A stretch of 60,099 bases of DNA, taken from assembly GCA_022572685.1 (NCBI GenBank), contig JACZVL010000002.1:1-60099 (forward strand), written 5' to 3'. Under the pieces are notes generated by a model. The model was not told the DNA's origin. It saw only the letters and a list, made by a program, of their open reading frames with translations, and ran no database searches. A program made the position numbers and the translations under genes. How positions within the stretch are numbered: the first letter of the stretch is position 1; every line of letters begins with the position of its first letter. This document shows positions 44,030 through 55,987 of the stretch, in pieces. Source of the DNA: Pseudomonadota bacterium (GTDB lineage: Bacteria; Pseudomonadota; Alphaproteobacteria; Kiloniellales; J153).

Positions 44030-44164
44030 GTGCGGCGGGCTGCGCCGGTCCGGCGAATCGTGTAAACTGGCCGGCGATTTACGCCGCCCAAATTTTGCCG
44101 CACTGGGCGGCGATACTCCGGCCCCACCGTCAGGGGCACCTACGAGGCGCGGCCGAGTGAGCGG

Positions 44165-44890
44165 ATGACCGAAACACCGAAATACCGGCGGGTACTGCTC
44201 AAGATTTCCGGCGAGGCGCTGATGGGCGCGCGCGACTGCGGCCTCGACCCCGAGGTGGTGGCGCGGGTCGCCGCCGATGTGCGCCAAGTCCGCGATATGG
44301 GCGTCGAGGTCTGCCTGGTGATCGGCGGCGGCAACATCTTCCGCGGCCTCTCGGCGGCGGCCGAGGGCATGGAACGGGCGACCGCCGACTACATGGGCAT
44401 GCTGGCCACGGTGATCAATTCGCTGGCGATGCAGAGCGCGCTCGAGAGCCTGGGCGTGACGACCCGGGTCCAGTCGGCGATTCCCATGGCCACGGTGGCC
44501 GAACCCTATATCCGCCGCCGCGCCATCCGCCACATGGAGAAGGGCCGGGTGGTGATCTTCGGCGCCGGCACCGGCAACCCCTTCTTCACCACCGACACCG
44601 CGGCGGCGCTGCGCGCCTCCGAGATGGGCTGCGATGCCCTGCTCAAGGGCACCAAGGTGGACGGGGTCTACGACGCCGATCCGCTCGAGGTCCCGGACGC
44701 CAAGCGCTACGAACGGCTGGACTACATGGAGGTGCTGACCCAGGATCTGGCGGTCATGGACCACGCGGCGATCTCCTTGGCCCGTGAAAACAACATTCCA
44801 ATTCTGGTATTCTCGATCTATGAGTCGGGTGCCTTCGCCGAGGTTCTGTGCGGGCGGGGGCGCCACACCATCGTCCAGAACGAGGAATGA
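44165..44890 (+). CDS. pyrH: UMP kinase
   Basis: Contains [25 protein letters not shown] and [14 protein letters not shown]. Confidence 0.96.
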   Translation: MTETPKYRRVLLKISGEALMGARDCGLDPEVVARVAADVRQVRDMGVEVCLVIGGGNIFRGLSAAAEGMERATADYMGMLATVINSLAMQSALESLGVTTRVQSAIPMATVAEPYIRRRAIRHMEKGRVVIFGAGTGNPFFTTDTAAALRASEMGCDALLKGTKVDGVYDADPLEVPDAKRYERLDYMEVLTQDLAVMDHAAISLARENNIPILVFSIYESGAFAEVLCGRGRHTIVQNEE

Positions 44891-44893
44891 GCC

Positions 44894-45451
44894 GTGGCCG
44901 AACCCGATCTTAGCGACATCGAGCGGCGCATGGACGGTGCCCAGGAGGCGCTGCGCCGGGAATTCTCCGGGCTGCGCACCGGGCGCGCCTCGGCCAGCCT
45001 GCTGGAGCCGATTACGGTCGACGCCTACGGTGCGTCGACGCCGCTCAGCCAGGTGGCGACCATCGGCGTGCCGGAACCGCGGATGATCACGGTACAGGTC
45101 TGGGACCGCGGCCTGGCCGGCGCGGTGGAAAAGGCGATTCGGACCGCCGAGTTGGGCCTCAATCCGGCGTCCGAGGGCCAGCTGATCCGGGTGCCCATCC
45201 CGGCGCTGTCGGAGGAACGCCGCGTCGAGATCACCAAGATCGCCAGCAAGTACTCCGAGCAGGCCCGGGTCGCGGTGCGCAACGTCCGGCGCGACGGCAT
45301 GGAGATGCTCAAGCGCATGGAGCGGGACCACGAACTCTCCAAGGACGATCACCACTTCTGGAGCGAAGAGATTCAGACCATGACCGACGAGCACATCAAG
45401 GCGATCGACGCGGCCCTCGCCCAGAAGGAGCAGGAGATACTCCAGGTGTAG
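44894..45451 (+). CDS. frr: Ribosome recycling factor
   Basis: GTG start. Contains [20 protein letters not shown] and RNVRRDGME. 185 aa. Confidence 0.95.
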   Translation: MAEPDLSDIERRMDGAQEALRREFSGLRTGRASASLLEPITVDAYGASTPLSQVATIGVPEPRMITVQVWDRGLAGAVEKAIRTAELGLNPASEGQLIRVPIPALSEERRVEITKIASKYSEQARVAVRNVRRDGMEMLKRMERDHELSKDDHHFWSEEIQTMTDEHIKAIDAALAQKEQEILQV

Positions 45452-45457
45452 CGAAAC

Positions 45458-46207
45458 ATGGACGTTATTCAGCCACTTCCGGGCGACGACGCCCCCCCCG
45501 ACGCCCCCAACCACGTCGCCATCATCATGGACGGCAACGGGCGCTGGGCCAGCGCGCGCGGGCTGCCGCGCGTGGCCGGCCATCGCCAGGGCGCGGAGGC
45601 GGTGCGCCGCACGGTGGCCGGCGCCATCGAACTCGGCATTTCCTACCTGACGCTCTACGGCTTCTCCTCGGAGAACTGGAAGCGGCCGGCGACCGAGGTC
45701 GAGGACCTGATGGGCCTGCTGCGCCGCTATTTGCAGGGCGAGATCGCGGAGCTGCACAAGAAGGGCATCCGCCTGCGGGTCATCGGCGAGCGCGCGCGCC
45801 TGCCCCGCGACATCGTCCGCCTGATCGACGACGCCGAGGCCCGGACCGCCGGGATGGACCAGCTCGATCTGGTCATGGCGATCAGCTATGGCGGGCGCCA
45901 GGATATCTTGGCGGCGGCCCGGCGGCTGGCCGAACAGGCGGCGGCCGGCAGCCTGGACCCCGCCCGGATCGACGAGCAGCACCTCTCCGAGGCCCTGTCC
46001 ACCCATGGCATCCCGGACCCCGACCTGGTGATCCGGACCAGCGGCGAGAAGCGCATCAGCAATTTCCTGCTGTGGCAGTCGGCCTATAGCGAGCTGGTCT
46101 TCGTCGACAAGCTGTGGCCCGATTTCGGCAAGGACGACTTGGCCGCGTCGATCCTGGAATACCAGCAGCGCGATCGCCGCTACGGCGCCGCGGCCGAGTC
46201 CGGCTAG
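45458..46207 (+). CDS. uppS: Isoprenyl transferase (undecaprenyl diphosphate synthase)
   Basis: Contains HVAIIMDGNGRWA, FSSENWKRP and IRTSGEKRISNFLLWQSAYSE. Confidence 0.96.
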   Translation: MDVIQPLPGDDAPPDAPNHVAIIMDGNGRWASARGLPRVAGHRQGAEAVRRTVAGAIELGISYLTLYGFSSENWKRPATEVEDLMGLLRRYLQGEIAELHKKGIRLRVIGERARLPRDIVRLIDDAEARTAGMDQLDLVMAISYGGRQDILAAARRLAEQAAAGSLDPARIDEQHLSEALSTHGIPDPDLVIRTSGEKRISNFLLWQSAYSELVFVDKLWPDFGKDDLAASILEYQQRDRRYGAAAESG

Positions 46208-46226
46208 GCCGCGGGGAGCGCCGGGC

Positions 46227-47012
46227 TTGGGGGCGCTTGGAGTCCGCAGTCTATGGGCGCTGATTCTGGCGCCGCCGGCGCTTGCCGCACTCTATTTCGG
46301 CTCCCCCTACAGCGATATCTTGATTTTCGCCGTCGGCGCCGTCGGCGCCTGGGAGTGGGCCCGGCTCTGCGGTGGCGGCACGCCGGGGCTGTCGGGCGCG
46401 ATCGTCATCGCCACGGTGGCGGCCGCGGTGATCGCCGGCATCCTGGGCGCCCACGCGGTCGGTGGCTGGCTGGTGGCGGCCGGTGCCATGGCGGCGACCC
46501 TGGCGGCGAGCCGCGAGCGCCCGGCGAGCGCGCTGTGGTACGGCGTCGGCGCGGCCTACCTGGGGTCGGCCTGCCTGGCCTTCCTGTGGCTGCGCGCCGA
46601 TTTCGACCGGGCCCTGGTGCTGTGGCTGATCGCGGTGGTCTGGGCCACGGACATCGGCGCCTACCTGGTCGGTCGCAGCCTGGGCGGACCCAAGATGGCG
46701 CCGGCGATCAGCCCGGGCAAGACCTGGTCCGGGCTGGCCGGCGGGGTCGGGGCCGCAGGTCTGGCCGGCCTGGGGGCGGCGATTCTGCACGATCGGGGCT
46801 GGGTCGTGGAGCTGGTCGCGGCAAGCATGGCGCTTGCGCTGGTGGCCCAGGTGGGCGATCTTTTCGAATCGGGCCTGAAACGGCGATTCGGCGCCAAGGA
46901 CTCGAGCAACCTGATCCCGGGCCACGGCGGCGTGCTGGATCGGGTGGATGGGGTATTGGCGGCGGTATTGGCGCTGGGGGGCGCGCTCTGGTTGACTGGA
47001 ATTGGTTTCTGA
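46227..47012 (+). CDS. cdsA: Phosphatidate cytidylyltransferase
   Basis: TTG start with GGGGAG 8 nt upstream. Polytopic membrane protein with SPGKTWSG and [16 protein letters not shown]. Confidence 0.9.
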   Translation: MGALGVRSLWALILAPPALAALYFGSPYSDILIFAVGAVGAWEWARLCGGGTPGLSGAIVIATVAAAVIAGILGAHAVGGWLVAAGAMAATLAASRERPASALWYGVGAAYLGSACLAFLWLRADFDRALVLWLIAVVWATDIGAYLVGRSLGGPKMAPAISPGKTWSGLAGGVGAAGLAGLGAAILHDRGWVVELVAASMALALVAQVGDLFESGLKRRFGAKDSSNLIPGHGGVLDRVDGVLAAVLALGGALWLTGIGF

Positions 47013-47013
47013 C

Positions 47014-48198
47014 ATGGCGGTCGCATCGCCCAAGACCGACGCCTTGGCGGCGCCGCGCAGCGTCACCATCCTCGGCTCCACGGGATCGGTCGGCTGCAAC
47101 ACCCTGGACTTGATCGCGCGGCAGCCCGAGGCCTTCGCGGTCGAGGCCCTGACCGCGAACGGCAGCGCCGTCCGCCTCGCCGAGCAGGCCCGGCGGGTCG
47201 GGGCCAAGCTGGCCGTGGTCGCCGACGAGACCCGCTACCAGGACCTCAAGGAGGCGCTGGCCGGCAGCGGCATCGAGGCGGCGGCGGGCGCCCTGGCGCT
47301 GACCGAGGCGGCCGCCCGGCCGGCGGACTGGGTGATGGCCGCCATCGTCGGGGCGGCCGGGCTCGCGCCGACCCTGGCGGCGGTGCGCCGCGGCGCTATC
47401 GTCGCGCTCGCCAACAAGGAGACCCTGGTCTGCGCGGGGTCGCTCATGATGGCCGAGGTGACGCACCACGGCGCGACCCTGCTGCCGGTCGATTCGGAGC
47501 ACAACGCCATCTTCCAGGTGCTCGACTTCGAGCGCCTCGACACCGTCGACCGGATCATCCTGACCGCCTCCGGCGGCCCGTTCCGCACGCTGTCGCGCGC
47601 CGCCATGGCCGAGGTCACGCCGGCTCAGGCGATCGCCCATCCGAACTGGGACATGGGCGCGAAGATCTCCGTCGACAGCGCCACCATGATGAACAAGGGC
47701 CTCGAGCTGATCGAGGCCCATCATCTTTTCGGCCTGCCCGAGGCGCGCATCGAGATTCTGGTGCATCCACAGTCGGTGGTGCATTCCATGGTCGCCTATT
47801 CGGACGGTTCGGTCCTGGCGCAGATGGGCCAGCCGGACATGCGGACCCCGATCGCCTACACCCTGGCCTGGCCGGAGCGCATGGCCACGCCGGTGGCGCG
47901 GCTCGATTTGGCCGAGATCGGGCAGCTCACCTTCGAGGCGCCGGACAGCGAGCGCTTCCCGGCGCTGCGCCTGGCTCGTCAGGCCTTGCAGACCGGCGGA
48001 TCGGCCCCAACTGCATTGAATGCGGCCAACGAGGTCGCGGTCGCGGGGTTCCTGGACGGCCGGCTCGGGTTCCTCGGCATCGCCGAGGTGGTGGAGCGGA
48101 CCCTCGAAAGGATCGATGCCGTACCCCTCGGTGGGCTGGACGATGTCTGGCGGATAGATCGGGAGGCGCGGCGAATCGCCGCCAGCATGTTCAACTGA
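47014..48198 (+). CDS. dxr: 1-deoxy-D-xylulose 5-phosphate reductoisomerase
   Basis: Contains [26 protein letters not shown] and [23 protein letters not shown]. Confidence 0.96.
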   Translation: MAVASPKTDALAAPRSVTILGSTGSVGCNTLDLIARQPEAFAVEALTANGSAVRLAEQARRVGAKLAVVADETRYQDLKEALAGSGIEAAAGALALTEAAARPADWVMAAIVGAAGLAPTLAAVRRGAIVALANKETLVCAGSLMMAEVTHHGATLLPVDSEHNAIFQVLDFERLDTVDRIILTASGGPFRTLSRAAMAEVTPAQAIAHPNWDMGAKISVDSATMMNKGLELIEAHHLFGLPEARIEILVHPQSVVHSMVAYSDGSVLAQMGQPDMRTPIAYTLAWPERMATPVARLDLAEIGQLTFEAPDSERFPALRLARQALQTGGSAPTALNAANEVAVAGFLDGRLGFLGIAEVVERTLERIDAVPLGGLDDVWRIDREARRIAASMFN

Positions 48199-48356
48199 GT
48201 CCTCTGGACTCCGTCGAATCCGATTGGAATCGTTCACTTTCAATTCCCGGAATTCGGTGGTATTAGGAAGGCTTTGGGCCTTGCTGCCGACTGTGGACAG
48301 GGGCTAGATTGAGCCCTTCCCCGGTAAGCGGCTCACAAATAGCGGGTGCCTTGAGT

Positions 48357-49478
48357 ATGGAAGTCGTCAACGCGATTCTGGCTTTTCTGGTGATTTTGAC
48401 CGTGCTCGTGTTCGTGCACGAGATGGGCCATTTCCTGGTCGCGCGGCGCAACGGCGTGCGGGTGGAGGTGTTCTCGATCGGCTTCGGCAAGGAGATCTTC
48501 GGCTGGACCGATAAATACCAGACTCGCTGGAAGTTCAGCATGATCCCGCTGGGCGGCTATGTGAAGATGTTCGGCGACGCCAATGTCGCCAGCCAGCCCT
48601 CCGGGGAGACCGCCGAGCTGAGCGCCGAGGAGCGGGCGGTCGCGTTCCACACCAAGCGGCTCGACCAGCGTTTCTGGATCGTGGTCGCCGGGCCGTTGGC
48701 CAACTTCCTGTTCGCCTGGGTGATCCTGGTCGGCCTTTTCGTCACCGTGGGCCAGCAGTTCACGCCACCCGAAGTCGGCGAGGTGATGCCCGGAAGCGCC
48801 GCCGCCGCGGCCGGATTGCTGCCGGGCGATCGCATCCTCGAGCTCAATGGCGTGACCATCGAGCGCTTCGAAGAGGTGCAGCGGATCATCCGGCCGAACC
48901 CGGAGGTGCGGGTCGAGATCCTGGTGCTGCGCGACGGCGAGCGCATCGCCTTGACCGCGGTGCCCAGGCTGAGCGAGCTGACCAACAACCTCGGCATGAC
49001 CCAGAAGATCGGCCTCTTGGGAATATCGCGCGGCGGGGTGGAGTACGTGCGGCACGGCTTCGCCGCGGCCATCTGGCGCGCCGGCGGGGAGGTGCTGTTC
49101 CTGTCCCAGGCGACCCTCGAGGCCCTGGGCCAGATCATCGTCGGCAACCGCAGCGCCAAGGAGTTGGGCGGGCCGGTCAGAATCGCGCAGATGTCGGGGA
49201 TCTTCGCCGAAGCGGGGCTGGTGCCGACTCTCGGGTTCATGGTGATGCTGTCGGTGACCCTCGGGCTGATCAACCTGTTTCCGATCCCGATGCTCGACGG
49301 CGGTCACCTGCTGTTCTACCTCATCGAGTTCGTGCGCGGCCGGCCGCTGGGCGAGCGCGCCCAGGAGTACGGTTTCCGCATCGGCATGGCCCTGGTCCTC
49401 AGCCTGATGATATTTGTGACATTGAACGACTTGATTCAGTTGGAGGTTTTTGACTTTATCAAGAGATTGGCGACCTAA
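48357..49478 (+). CDS. rseP: RIP metalloprotease RseP (site-2 protease)
   Basis: HEMGHFLVAR zinc motif near the N-terminus, a PDZ region and NLFPIPMLDGGH. The ATG at 48357 was chosen within the longer ORF. Confidence 0.92.
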   Translation: MEVVNAILAFLVILTVLVFVHEMGHFLVARRNGVRVEVFSIGFGKEIFGWTDKYQTRWKFSMIPLGGYVKMFGDANVASQPSGETAELSAEERAVAFHTKRLDQRFWIVVAGPLANFLFAWVILVGLFVTVGQQFTPPEVGEVMPGSAAAAAGLLPGDRILELNGVTIERFEEVQRIIRPNPEVRVEILVLRDGERIALTAVPRLSELTNNLGMTQKIGLLGISRGGVEYVRHGFAAAIWRAGGEVLFLSQATLEALGQIIVGNRSAKELGGPVRIAQMSGIFAEAGLVPTLGFMVMLSVTLGLINLFPIPMLDGGHLLFYLIEFVRGRPLGERAQEYGFRIGMALVLSLMIFVTLNDLIQLEVFDFIKRLAT

Positions 49479-49537
49479 GGGACTCGGCGGAAGCTCGGCG
49501 GGTCTGATCCTGGGTTGCCCGTGCCGCGGAAGCGGCA

Positions 49538-51853
49538 GTGTGGGGGGTACAAGGCTTGTTTAGGGGGCGGGTCTCGACATTCGGCGGCGTTGTGCTGCTG
49601 TGGCTCTGCCTGGTGGCCGGCGCGGTCGCGCCCGAACCGGCGCTGGCCCAGTCGCTGATGTCGGGCGGGATCATCAAGGAAATCCGCATCGAGGGTGTGC
49701 AACGCATCGAGCCGGAGACGGTGCGCACCTACATGGGCGTCAATCCGGGCGATCCCTTCGATCCGCTGCGCCTGGACAAGTCGCTCAAGAAGCTGTTCAG
49801 CTCCGGCCTGTTCGCCGATGTCACCCTGCGTCGCGAGGGCGACGCCCTGATCGTGACCGTGGTCGAGAACCCGATCATCAATCGCATCTCCTTTGAAGGC
49901 AACGACCGCCTCGAAGACGACGCGCTCGGGGCCGAAATCGCGCTGCGTCCGCGCATCGTGTTTACCCGGACCAAGGCGCAGAGCGACACCCGGCGCCTGC
50001 TGGAAATCTACCGCCGGTTCGGCCGCTACGCGGCCACCGTGGAGCCCAAGGTGATTCAGCGCGCGCAAAACCGCGTCGATCTGGTATTCGAGATCAACGA
50101 GGGCCCCTTGACGACGATCCAGTCGATCAACTTCATCGGCAACCGGGTGTTCTCCGATTCAAAGCTGAAGGACCAGATCACCACGATCGAGACCGCCTTC
50201 TATCTCATCCTGACCTCCAACGACACTTACGATCCGGACCGCTTGAACTTCGACCGCGAGCTGCTGCGCCGTTTCTACCGGAAGGAGGGCTATGCCGATT
50301 TTCGCGTGCTGTCGGTGATCGCGGAACTGCTGCCCGACCGCGAGGGCTTCATCGTCACCTTCACGATCGAGGAGGGTGAGCGTCAGAAGTTCGGCAAGAT
50401 CAAAACCACGGCCACGCTGCCACGGCTGGAACCCGAATCTCTGCGCCGGTACGTGACCGCCGAGGAGGGCGAATGGTACAACGAAAAGGAGATCGAGGAG
50501 ACGATCAATAACCTGACCGAGGTGGTCGGGAACATGGGCTACGCCTTCGTCGACATCCGGCCCCGGGAAGATCGCGATCGTGAAAACCGCCTGATTCACG
50601 TAACCTTCGAGATTCAGGAGGGACCGAAGGTCTTCGTCGAGCGCATCGACATCCAGGGCAACGAGCGCACCCTCGACCGGGTGATCCGGCGCGAGTTCCG
50701 GCTGGTCGAGGGCGACGCCTTCAACGCCGCCAAGCTGCGCCGGTCGCGCCAGCGCATCCGCAACCTCGGCTTTTTCGGGTCCGTCGACATCCAGACCCAG
50801 CAGGGCAGCGCGCCCGACAAGACCCTCATCGGTGTCGCGGTCGAGGAGCAGTCGACCGGCGATTTGACCTTCGGCGCCGGCTTTTCGACCAGCGTGGGAC
50901 CGCTCGGCAACATCGGCATCCGGGAACGCAACCTGCTCGGGCGCGGCCAGGACCTGCGCCTCAGTTTCACGCTGTCGGGCGCGCAGAGCCAGATCGACCT
51001 GAGCTTCACCGAGCCCTACTTCCTGGGCCGAAATCTTGCCGCCGGTTTCGACCTCAGTCACAAGGTGATCGACGACGACAGGATTCCCTTCGACGAAACG
51101 CGTACCGGCGGGTCGCTCAGGGCCGGGTTCTCCTATAACGAAAACCTGCGCCACCTCGTGCGCTATACGGTCGAGCAGCAGACGATCGAGAACGTCGATG
51201 CGGACGCCTCGTTCCTGGTCCGGGAAGAGGAGGGGCAGTCGCTCAAATCGACGATCTGGCACGAGTTGAAGTATGACACGCGGGACAGCCGCTTCAACCC
51301 GCGCGAGGGCATGGTGCTGCGCCTGCGCAACGGGCTGGCCGGCGTCGGCGGTGATGTCTTCTACATCAAGTCCTCGGTCGGCGGCGAGTACCACTACCCG
51401 CTGACCGAGGACTGGACCGTCAGCGTCGGTGGCGAGCTCGGCAACATCGTCGGTCTGGGCCAGGATACCCGGATCAGCGACCGTCACTTCATCGGTGGCG
51501 GCAACTGCCGCGGCTTCGAGCGCGCCGGTGTCGGCCCGCGCGACCGTCCGACCGGGGACGCGCTCGGCGGCAAGAACTTCTACACCGGCACCCTCGAGTT
51601 GGGCTTCCCCTTGGGGCTGCCGGATGAGTTCGACATCCGCGGACGGATTTTCACCGATATCTGCTCGTCCTGGGATCTGGACAAGACCAATGCGGATGTC
51701 CTGGACGAGGCCGCCCCACGGGTCTCCGTGGGCGCCGGTATTTCCTGGAAGTCGCCCTTCGGTCCGATTATTCTGGACCTCGGTTTCGCCGTGGTGGACG
51801 AGCCATTCGACCAGACTGAACTGGTGAGCTTCAGTTTAGGAACCCAATTCTGA
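49538..51853 (+). CDS. bamA: Outer membrane protein assembly factor BamA
   Basis: 771 aa. Signal peptide, POTRA repeats (IKEIRIEGVQRIEPETV...), and a C-terminal beta-barrel ending ...VSFSLGTQF. Confidence 0.95.
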   Translation: MWGVQGLFRGRVSTFGGVVLLWLCLVAGAVAPEPALAQSLMSGGIIKEIRIEGVQRIEPETVRTYMGVNPGDPFDPLRLDKSLKKLFSSGLFADVTLRREGDALIVTVVENPIINRISFEGNDRLEDDALGAEIALRPRIVFTRTKAQSDTRRLLEIYRRFGRYAATVEPKVIQRAQNRVDLVFEINEGPLTTIQSINFIGNRVFSDSKLKDQITTIETAFYLILTSNDTYDPDRLNFDRELLRRFYRKEGYADFRVLSVIAELLPDREGFIVTFTIEEGERQKFGKIKTTATLPRLEPESLRRYVTAEEGEWYNEKEIEETINNLTEVVGNMGYAFVDIRPREDRDRENRLIHVTFEIQEGPKVFVERIDIQGNERTLDRVIRREFRLVEGDAFNAAKLRRSRQRIRNLGFFGSVDIQTQQGSAPDKTLIGVAVEEQSTGDLTFGAGFSTSVGPLGNIGIRERNLLGRGQDLRLSFTLSGAQSQIDLSFTEPYFLGRNLAAGFDLSHKVIDDDRIPFDETRTGGSLRAGFSYNENLRHLVRYTVEQQTIENVDADASFLVREEEGQSLKSTIWHELKYDTRDSRFNPREGMVLRLRNGLAGVGGDVFYIKSSVGGEYHYPLTEDWTVSVGGELGNIVGLGQDTRISDRHFIGGGNCRGFERAGVGPRDRPTGDALGGKNFYTGTLELGFPLGLPDEFDIRGRIFTDICSSWDLDKTNADVLDEAAPRVSVGAGISWKSPFGPIILDLGFAVVDEPFDQTELVSFSLGTQF

Positions 51854-52431
51854 TGCCCGCAATGCGGCTTCGGGACGTCTTGCTGCCCATGCTGGCGGTA
51901 GGGCTGTTCCTGCTTCTCTGGACGGCGGACCAGGCGGCGCCGCGCGCTCAGGAACTGGCGCCACCGGTTCTCGCGATCATCGACATCCAGAAGGTGCTGC
52001 GCGAGTCGACCGCGGTGCGCGCGCTTTCCCGGAAAATTGGGGAACAAAAGGCGCAGCACCAGCAAGAACTGCGCGAGCAGGAACGGGCCCTGCGTGACGC
52101 GGATCAGGAACTGGCGCGCCAACGCTCCATCCTGTCCCCGGAGGCCTACGCCAAGAAACGCGGCGAACTCGAGCAACGGGTCGCGACCCAGCAACGAGAG
52201 GCCCGGAACCGAAAACGGGGGCTGGACAAGGTTTTTACCCAGGGCATGATCAAGGTGCGGACCGAACTCGTCAGGGTCGCCAAGGAAATCGCCGAGGAGC
52301 GGGGTCTCGATCTGATCCTTTCCAAGGCGACCGTGGTGCTGGTGAAGGCCAAGTTCGAATTGACTCAGGAGGCCGTGCGGCGGCTCAACGCCCGATTGCC
52401 CGACCTGCCCGCGGCCCCGCCCCAGAATTGA
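51853..52431 (+). CDS. OmpH/Skp family periplasmic chaperone
   Basis: TGATG overlap with bamA. Signal peptide followed by a coiled-coil Q/E/R-rich body. Conserved bamA-skp-lpxD order. Confidence 0.88.
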   Translation: MPAMRLRDVLLPMLAVGLFLLLWTADQAAPRAQELAPPVLAIIDIQKVLRESTAVRALSRKIGEQKAQHQQELREQERALRDADQELARQRSILSPEAYAKKRGELEQRVATQQREARNRKRGLDKVFTQGMIKVRTELVRVAKEIAEERGLDLILSKATVVLVKAKFELTQEAVRRLNARLPDLPAAPPQN

Positions 52432-52435
52432 CGCC

Positions 52436-53467
52436 ATGGCCGATCCCCGGTTCTTCGCGGTCGCGGGCCCCTTCAGCCTGAAGGAACTCGCCGAGATTTG
52501 CGGTGCCGAGATCGGCGGCGGCGCCGATCCCGCCATGACCGTCGCCGACGTCGCGCCGCTCGACCGGGCCGGGCCCACGCAAGTCAGCTTTCTCGACAAC
52601 AAGCGCTATATCGAGCAGTTCCGGGTCAGTGCGGCGGGGGCCTGTATCGTCGAGGCCAAGTACGCCAAGCAGGCGCCCGCGGGCATGGCGCCGCTGATCA
52701 CCTCCAATCCCCACCGCGCCTATGCGCTGGTGGCGCAGGCCTTCTATCCGGCGCCCGCGCGGCGGTCCGGCCGGCACCCCAGCGCGGTGGTCGATCCCAG
52801 CGCCCGCATCGGCGAGGGCGCCGAGATCGGCCCCGGCGTGGTGATCGGCGCCGGCGCGGAAATCGGGGCGGACTGCCGGATCGGCGCCAACGCGGCGATC
52901 GGCGACGGCGTGGTGGTGGGCGACGCCACCGAGATCGGCGCCAACGTGACCTTGAGCCATTGCCTGGTCGGCAAGGACTGTCAGATCCATGCCGGGGTCT
53001 GCATCGGCAACCGGGGCTTCGGCTTCACACTGGACCCGGAGGGCTACCTCGACGTGCCCCAACTCGGCCGGGTCATCATCGAGGACGGCGTCGAGGTCGG
53101 GGCCAACAGCACTATCGACCGCGGGTCCGGTCCGGACACGGTGATCGGCGCCGGGTCGAAGATCGATAATCTGGTGCAAATCGGGCACAACGTGACCTTG
53201 GGCCGGTCTTGCGTGCTGGTCGGCCAATCGGGCATCGCGGGCAGCGCCAAACTCGAGGATCACGTTCTCATGGGGGGCCAGGCGGGGGTCGCGGGGCACC
53301 TCACGATCGGCGCGGGCGCGCGGATTTCGGGGCAGGCCGGGGTCGTGCGCGACGTTCCGCCCGGTCTGGCGGTGGCCGGTGCGCCGGCCATGCCGATCAA
53401 GGAGTTTTTCCGCCTTAGTGCGATATGGCGGCGGCAGGTGAAGGCGAGAGGCAAGGGCGATGAGTGA
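52436..53467 (+). CDS. lpxD: UDP-3-O-acylglucosamine N-acyltransferase
   Basis: Left-handed beta-helix hexapeptide repeats, with [20 protein letters not shown]. 343 aa. Confidence 0.95.
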   Translation: MADPRFFAVAGPFSLKELAEICGAEIGGGADPAMTVADVAPLDRAGPTQVSFLDNKRYIEQFRVSAAGACIVEAKYAKQAPAGMAPLITSNPHRAYALVAQAFYPAPARRSGRHPSAVVDPSARIGEGAEIGPGVVIGAGAEIGADCRIGANAAIGDGVVVGDATEIGANVTLSHCLVGKDCQIHAGVCIGNRGFGFTLDPEGYLDVPQLGRVIIEDGVEVGANSTIDRGSGPDTVIGAGSKIDNLVQIGHNVTLGRSCVLVGQSGIAGSAKLEDHVLMGGQAGVAGHLTIGAGARISGQAGVVRDVPPGLAVAGAPAMPIKEFFRLSAIWRRQVKARGKGDE

Positions 53468-53930
53468 GCAGCCCACCGCGAGGGACGTGGTGGAAACCCT
53501 CGACGTGATGCGGATCATGGAGATGATCCCGCACCGCTATCCGTTTCTCATGATCGACCGGGTCGTCGATCTGGTGCCCGGGGTGAGCGCGGTCGGCATC
53601 AAGAACGTCACCATCAACGAGCACTACTTTCAGGGCCATTTCCCGCGCCGGCCGGTGATGCCCGGGGTGCTGATCATCGAATGCATGGCCCAGACCGCGG
53701 CGGTCCTGGTGGTCGAGACGCTGGAAGGGGCGGCGGCCGGCAAGCCGGTCTACTTCATGAGCATCGAGGAGGCCCGATTCCGCAAACCGGTGGTGCCTGG
53801 CGATCGGCTCCACATCCACGTCGCCAAGCTGCGGCGACGCGGCGCCGTATGGAAGTTCAGCGGGGAGGCACGGGTCGACGGCGTGCTCATGGCGCAGGCG
53901 CGCTTCACCGCCATGATCATGGACGACTGA
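53460..53930 (+). CDS. fabZ: 3-hydroxyacyl-ACP dehydratase FabZ
   Basis: Contains [31 protein letters not shown] and FRKPVVPGD. Confidence 0.96.
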   Translation: MSEQPTARDVVETLDVMRIMEMIPHRYPFLMIDRVVDLVPGVSAVGIKNVTINEHYFQGHFPRRPVMPGVLIIECMAQTAAVLVVETLEGAAAGKPVYFMSIEEARFRKPVVPGDRLHIHVAKLRRRGAVWKFSGEARVDGVLMAQARFTAMIMDD

Positions 53931-54715
53931 TGACCACGGTTCACGCGACGGCCATCCTCGATCCGCGGGCGCGGCTCGGCGCGGGCGTCGAGATCGGCCC
54001 CTACTGCATCGTCGGCCCCGACGTCGCGCTGGGTGACGGCGTGATCCTGCACAGCCATGTGGTGGTCGCGGGCCGCACCCAGGTCGGCGCCCGGACCCAG
54101 ATTTTTCCCTTCGCCTCGATCGGGCATCGGCCGCAGGATCTGAAGTACGCCGGCGAGCCCTCGGAGCTGATCATCGGCAGCGACAACATGCTGCGCGAGC
54201 ATGTGACCATGAACCCGGGCACCGAGGGCGGCGGCATGATCACCCGGGTCGGCGACCGCGGCCTGTTCATGATGGGCGCCCACGTGGCCCACGACTGCCA
54301 GATCGGCGACCGGGTGATCCTGGCCAACAACGCCACCCTCGGCGGCCATGTCGTGATCGAGGACCATGCGATCCTCGGCGGGCTCTCGGCGATCCACCAG
54401 TTCGTCCGCATCGGCCACCACGCCATGATCGGCGGCATGTCCGGGGTCGAGCACGACGTGATCCCCTATGGCCTGGCCACCGGCGAGCGGGCGCGGCTCC
54501 AGGGCCTCAACGTGGTCGGCATGAAGCGGCACGGCCTGGCCCGCGCCGATATACAGACCCTGTCCCAGGCCTATGCGCGGCTGTTCGGCCCGGAGGACAC
54601 CCTGGCCGAGCGGGTCGAGCGCCTGGCCGATGAGTTCGGCGATGCGGCCGGCGTCGCCGACATTGTCGCCTTCGTGCGCGCCAAGTCCTCGCGCGCCCTG
54701 TGCCGGCCTAAATAG
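53930..54715 (+). CDS. lpxA: Acyl-ACP--UDP-N-acetylglucosamine O-acyltransferase
   Basis: [12 protein letters not shown] start overlapping the fabZ stop. Hexapeptide repeats with REHVTMNPGT and HVAHDCQIG. Confidence 0.95.
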   Translation: MTTVHATAILDPRARLGAGVEIGPYCIVGPDVALGDGVILHSHVVVAGRTQVGARTQIFPFASIGHRPQDLKYAGEPSELIIGSDNMLREHVTMNPGTEGGGMITRVGDRGLFMMGAHVAHDCQIGDRVILANNATLGGHVVIEDHAILGGLSAIHQFVRIGHHAMIGGMSGVEHDVIPYGLATGERARLQGLNVVGMKRHGLARADIQTLSQAYARLFGPEDTLAERVERLADEFGDAAGVADIVAFVRAKSSRALCRPK

Positions 54716-54928
54716 ACAACCAAGTCTCGTTGAAAATGACCCATAGAAACGGTTGCCCAAGGTTTTCGGCCGGGACCGCGTGGCGCCGGCGGCCCTGGCT
54801 CCGCCGGAGGCTTCGCCGAGGTGCCTGCGGGGTATCGCCAGCCCCGGGCGACGCGGTCCGAAAGCCATGGCCCACAAGACTTGGGGAAGCCGCCTCCATG
54901 AGTCATTACTAGGGACCTTTGGGATAAG
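54716..54928. mobile_element. MITE-like repeat element, copy B (~213 bp; degenerate left end, well-conserved right end)
   Basis: The right end cacaagacttggggaagccgcctccatgagtcattactagggacctttgggataag matches copy A's right end and the reverse complement of copy A's left end. The left end is gaaaatgacccatagaaacgg. The element ends 2 nt before the trpD ATG. Confidence 0.65.
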
Positions 54929-54930
54929 TC

Positions 54931-55977
54931 ATGACCGGGGACATGAGCGACATCAAGGAACTGCTCGGCGTGGTCGCGAGCGGCCGCGCGCTCGACGCGG
55001 CCGGGGCCGAGCGCGCCTTCGACATCATCATGTCGGGCGACGCCACCCCGGCCCAGATGGGCGGCTTTCTGATGGCGCTCAGGGTGCGCGGGGAGACCGT
55101 GGCCGAGATCACCGGCGCCGCGCGCGCCATGCGCGCCAAGATGTCGACCCTCGAGGCGCCGGAAGGCGCGATCGACACCTGCGGCACCGGCGGCGACGCC
55201 ACCGGCACCTTCAACATCTCGACCGGGGGCGCCCTGGTGGTCGCGGCCTGCGGCGTGCCGGTCGCCAAGCACGGCAACCGGGCGCTGTCGTCCAAGGCCG
55301 GAGCGGCCGACGTGCTGACCGCGCTCGGCGTCAACATCGACGCCGACATGAGCCTGGTAAAGAAGGCGCTGTGGGAGGCCGATATCTGCTTCCTGATGGC
55401 GCCGCGCCACCACAGCGCCATGCGCCACGTCGGCCCGGCCCGGGTCGAGCTCGGCACCCGGACCATCTTCAACCTGCTCGGCCCGCTGTCCAACCCGGCG
55501 CGGGTCAAGCGCCAGACCATCGGCGTGTTCTCGCCCGACTGGGTCGAGCCCATCGCCCAGGTGCTCAAGGGCCTGGGCCACCAGCGCGCCTGGGTGTTCC
55601 ACGGCGCCGGCGGCCTCGACGAGCTGTCCACGATCGGCCCCTCCCGGGTCGCCGAACTCAAGGACGGCGCGGTCACCACCTTCGAGGTCATCCCGGCCGA
55701 CGCCGGGCTCGCGACCGCCACCCTGGACGACCTGAGGGGCGGCGATGCCGAGCACAACGCGCGTGCCATGCGCGCCCTGCTCGACGGCGCGCCCGGGGCC
55801 TTCCGCGACATCGTGATCCTGGCCAGCGCCGCCGCCCTGATCGTCGCCGGCAAGGCCGCCGACCTCGGGGAGGGCGCCGCCCAGGCCGCCGAGGCGATCG
55901 ACAGCGGCCGCGCGCGCGACACCCTGGCGCGGCTGATCGCGATCACCAACCAGCCCGCGCCGAGTGCGGAGTCGTGA
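54931..55977 (+). CDS. trpD: Anthranilate phosphoribosyltransferase
   Basis: Contains [39 protein letters not shown] and NLLGPLSNP. Confidence 0.96.
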   Translation: MTGDMSDIKELLGVVASGRALDAAGAERAFDIIMSGDATPAQMGGFLMALRVRGETVAEITGAARAMRAKMSTLEAPEGAIDTCGTGGDATGTFNISTGGALVVAACGVPVAKHGNRALSSKAGAADVLTALGVNIDADMSLVKKALWEADICFLMAPRHHSAMRHVGPARVELGTRTIFNLLGPLSNPARVKRQTIGVFSPDWVEPIAQVLKGLGHQRAWVFHGAGGLDELSTIGPSRVAELKDGAVTTFEVIPADAGLATATLDDLRGGDAEHNARAMRALLDGAPGAFRDIVILASAAALIVAGKAADLGEGAAQAAEAIDSGRARDTLARLIAITNQPAPSAES

Positions 55978-55987
55978 GGAGGCCGGC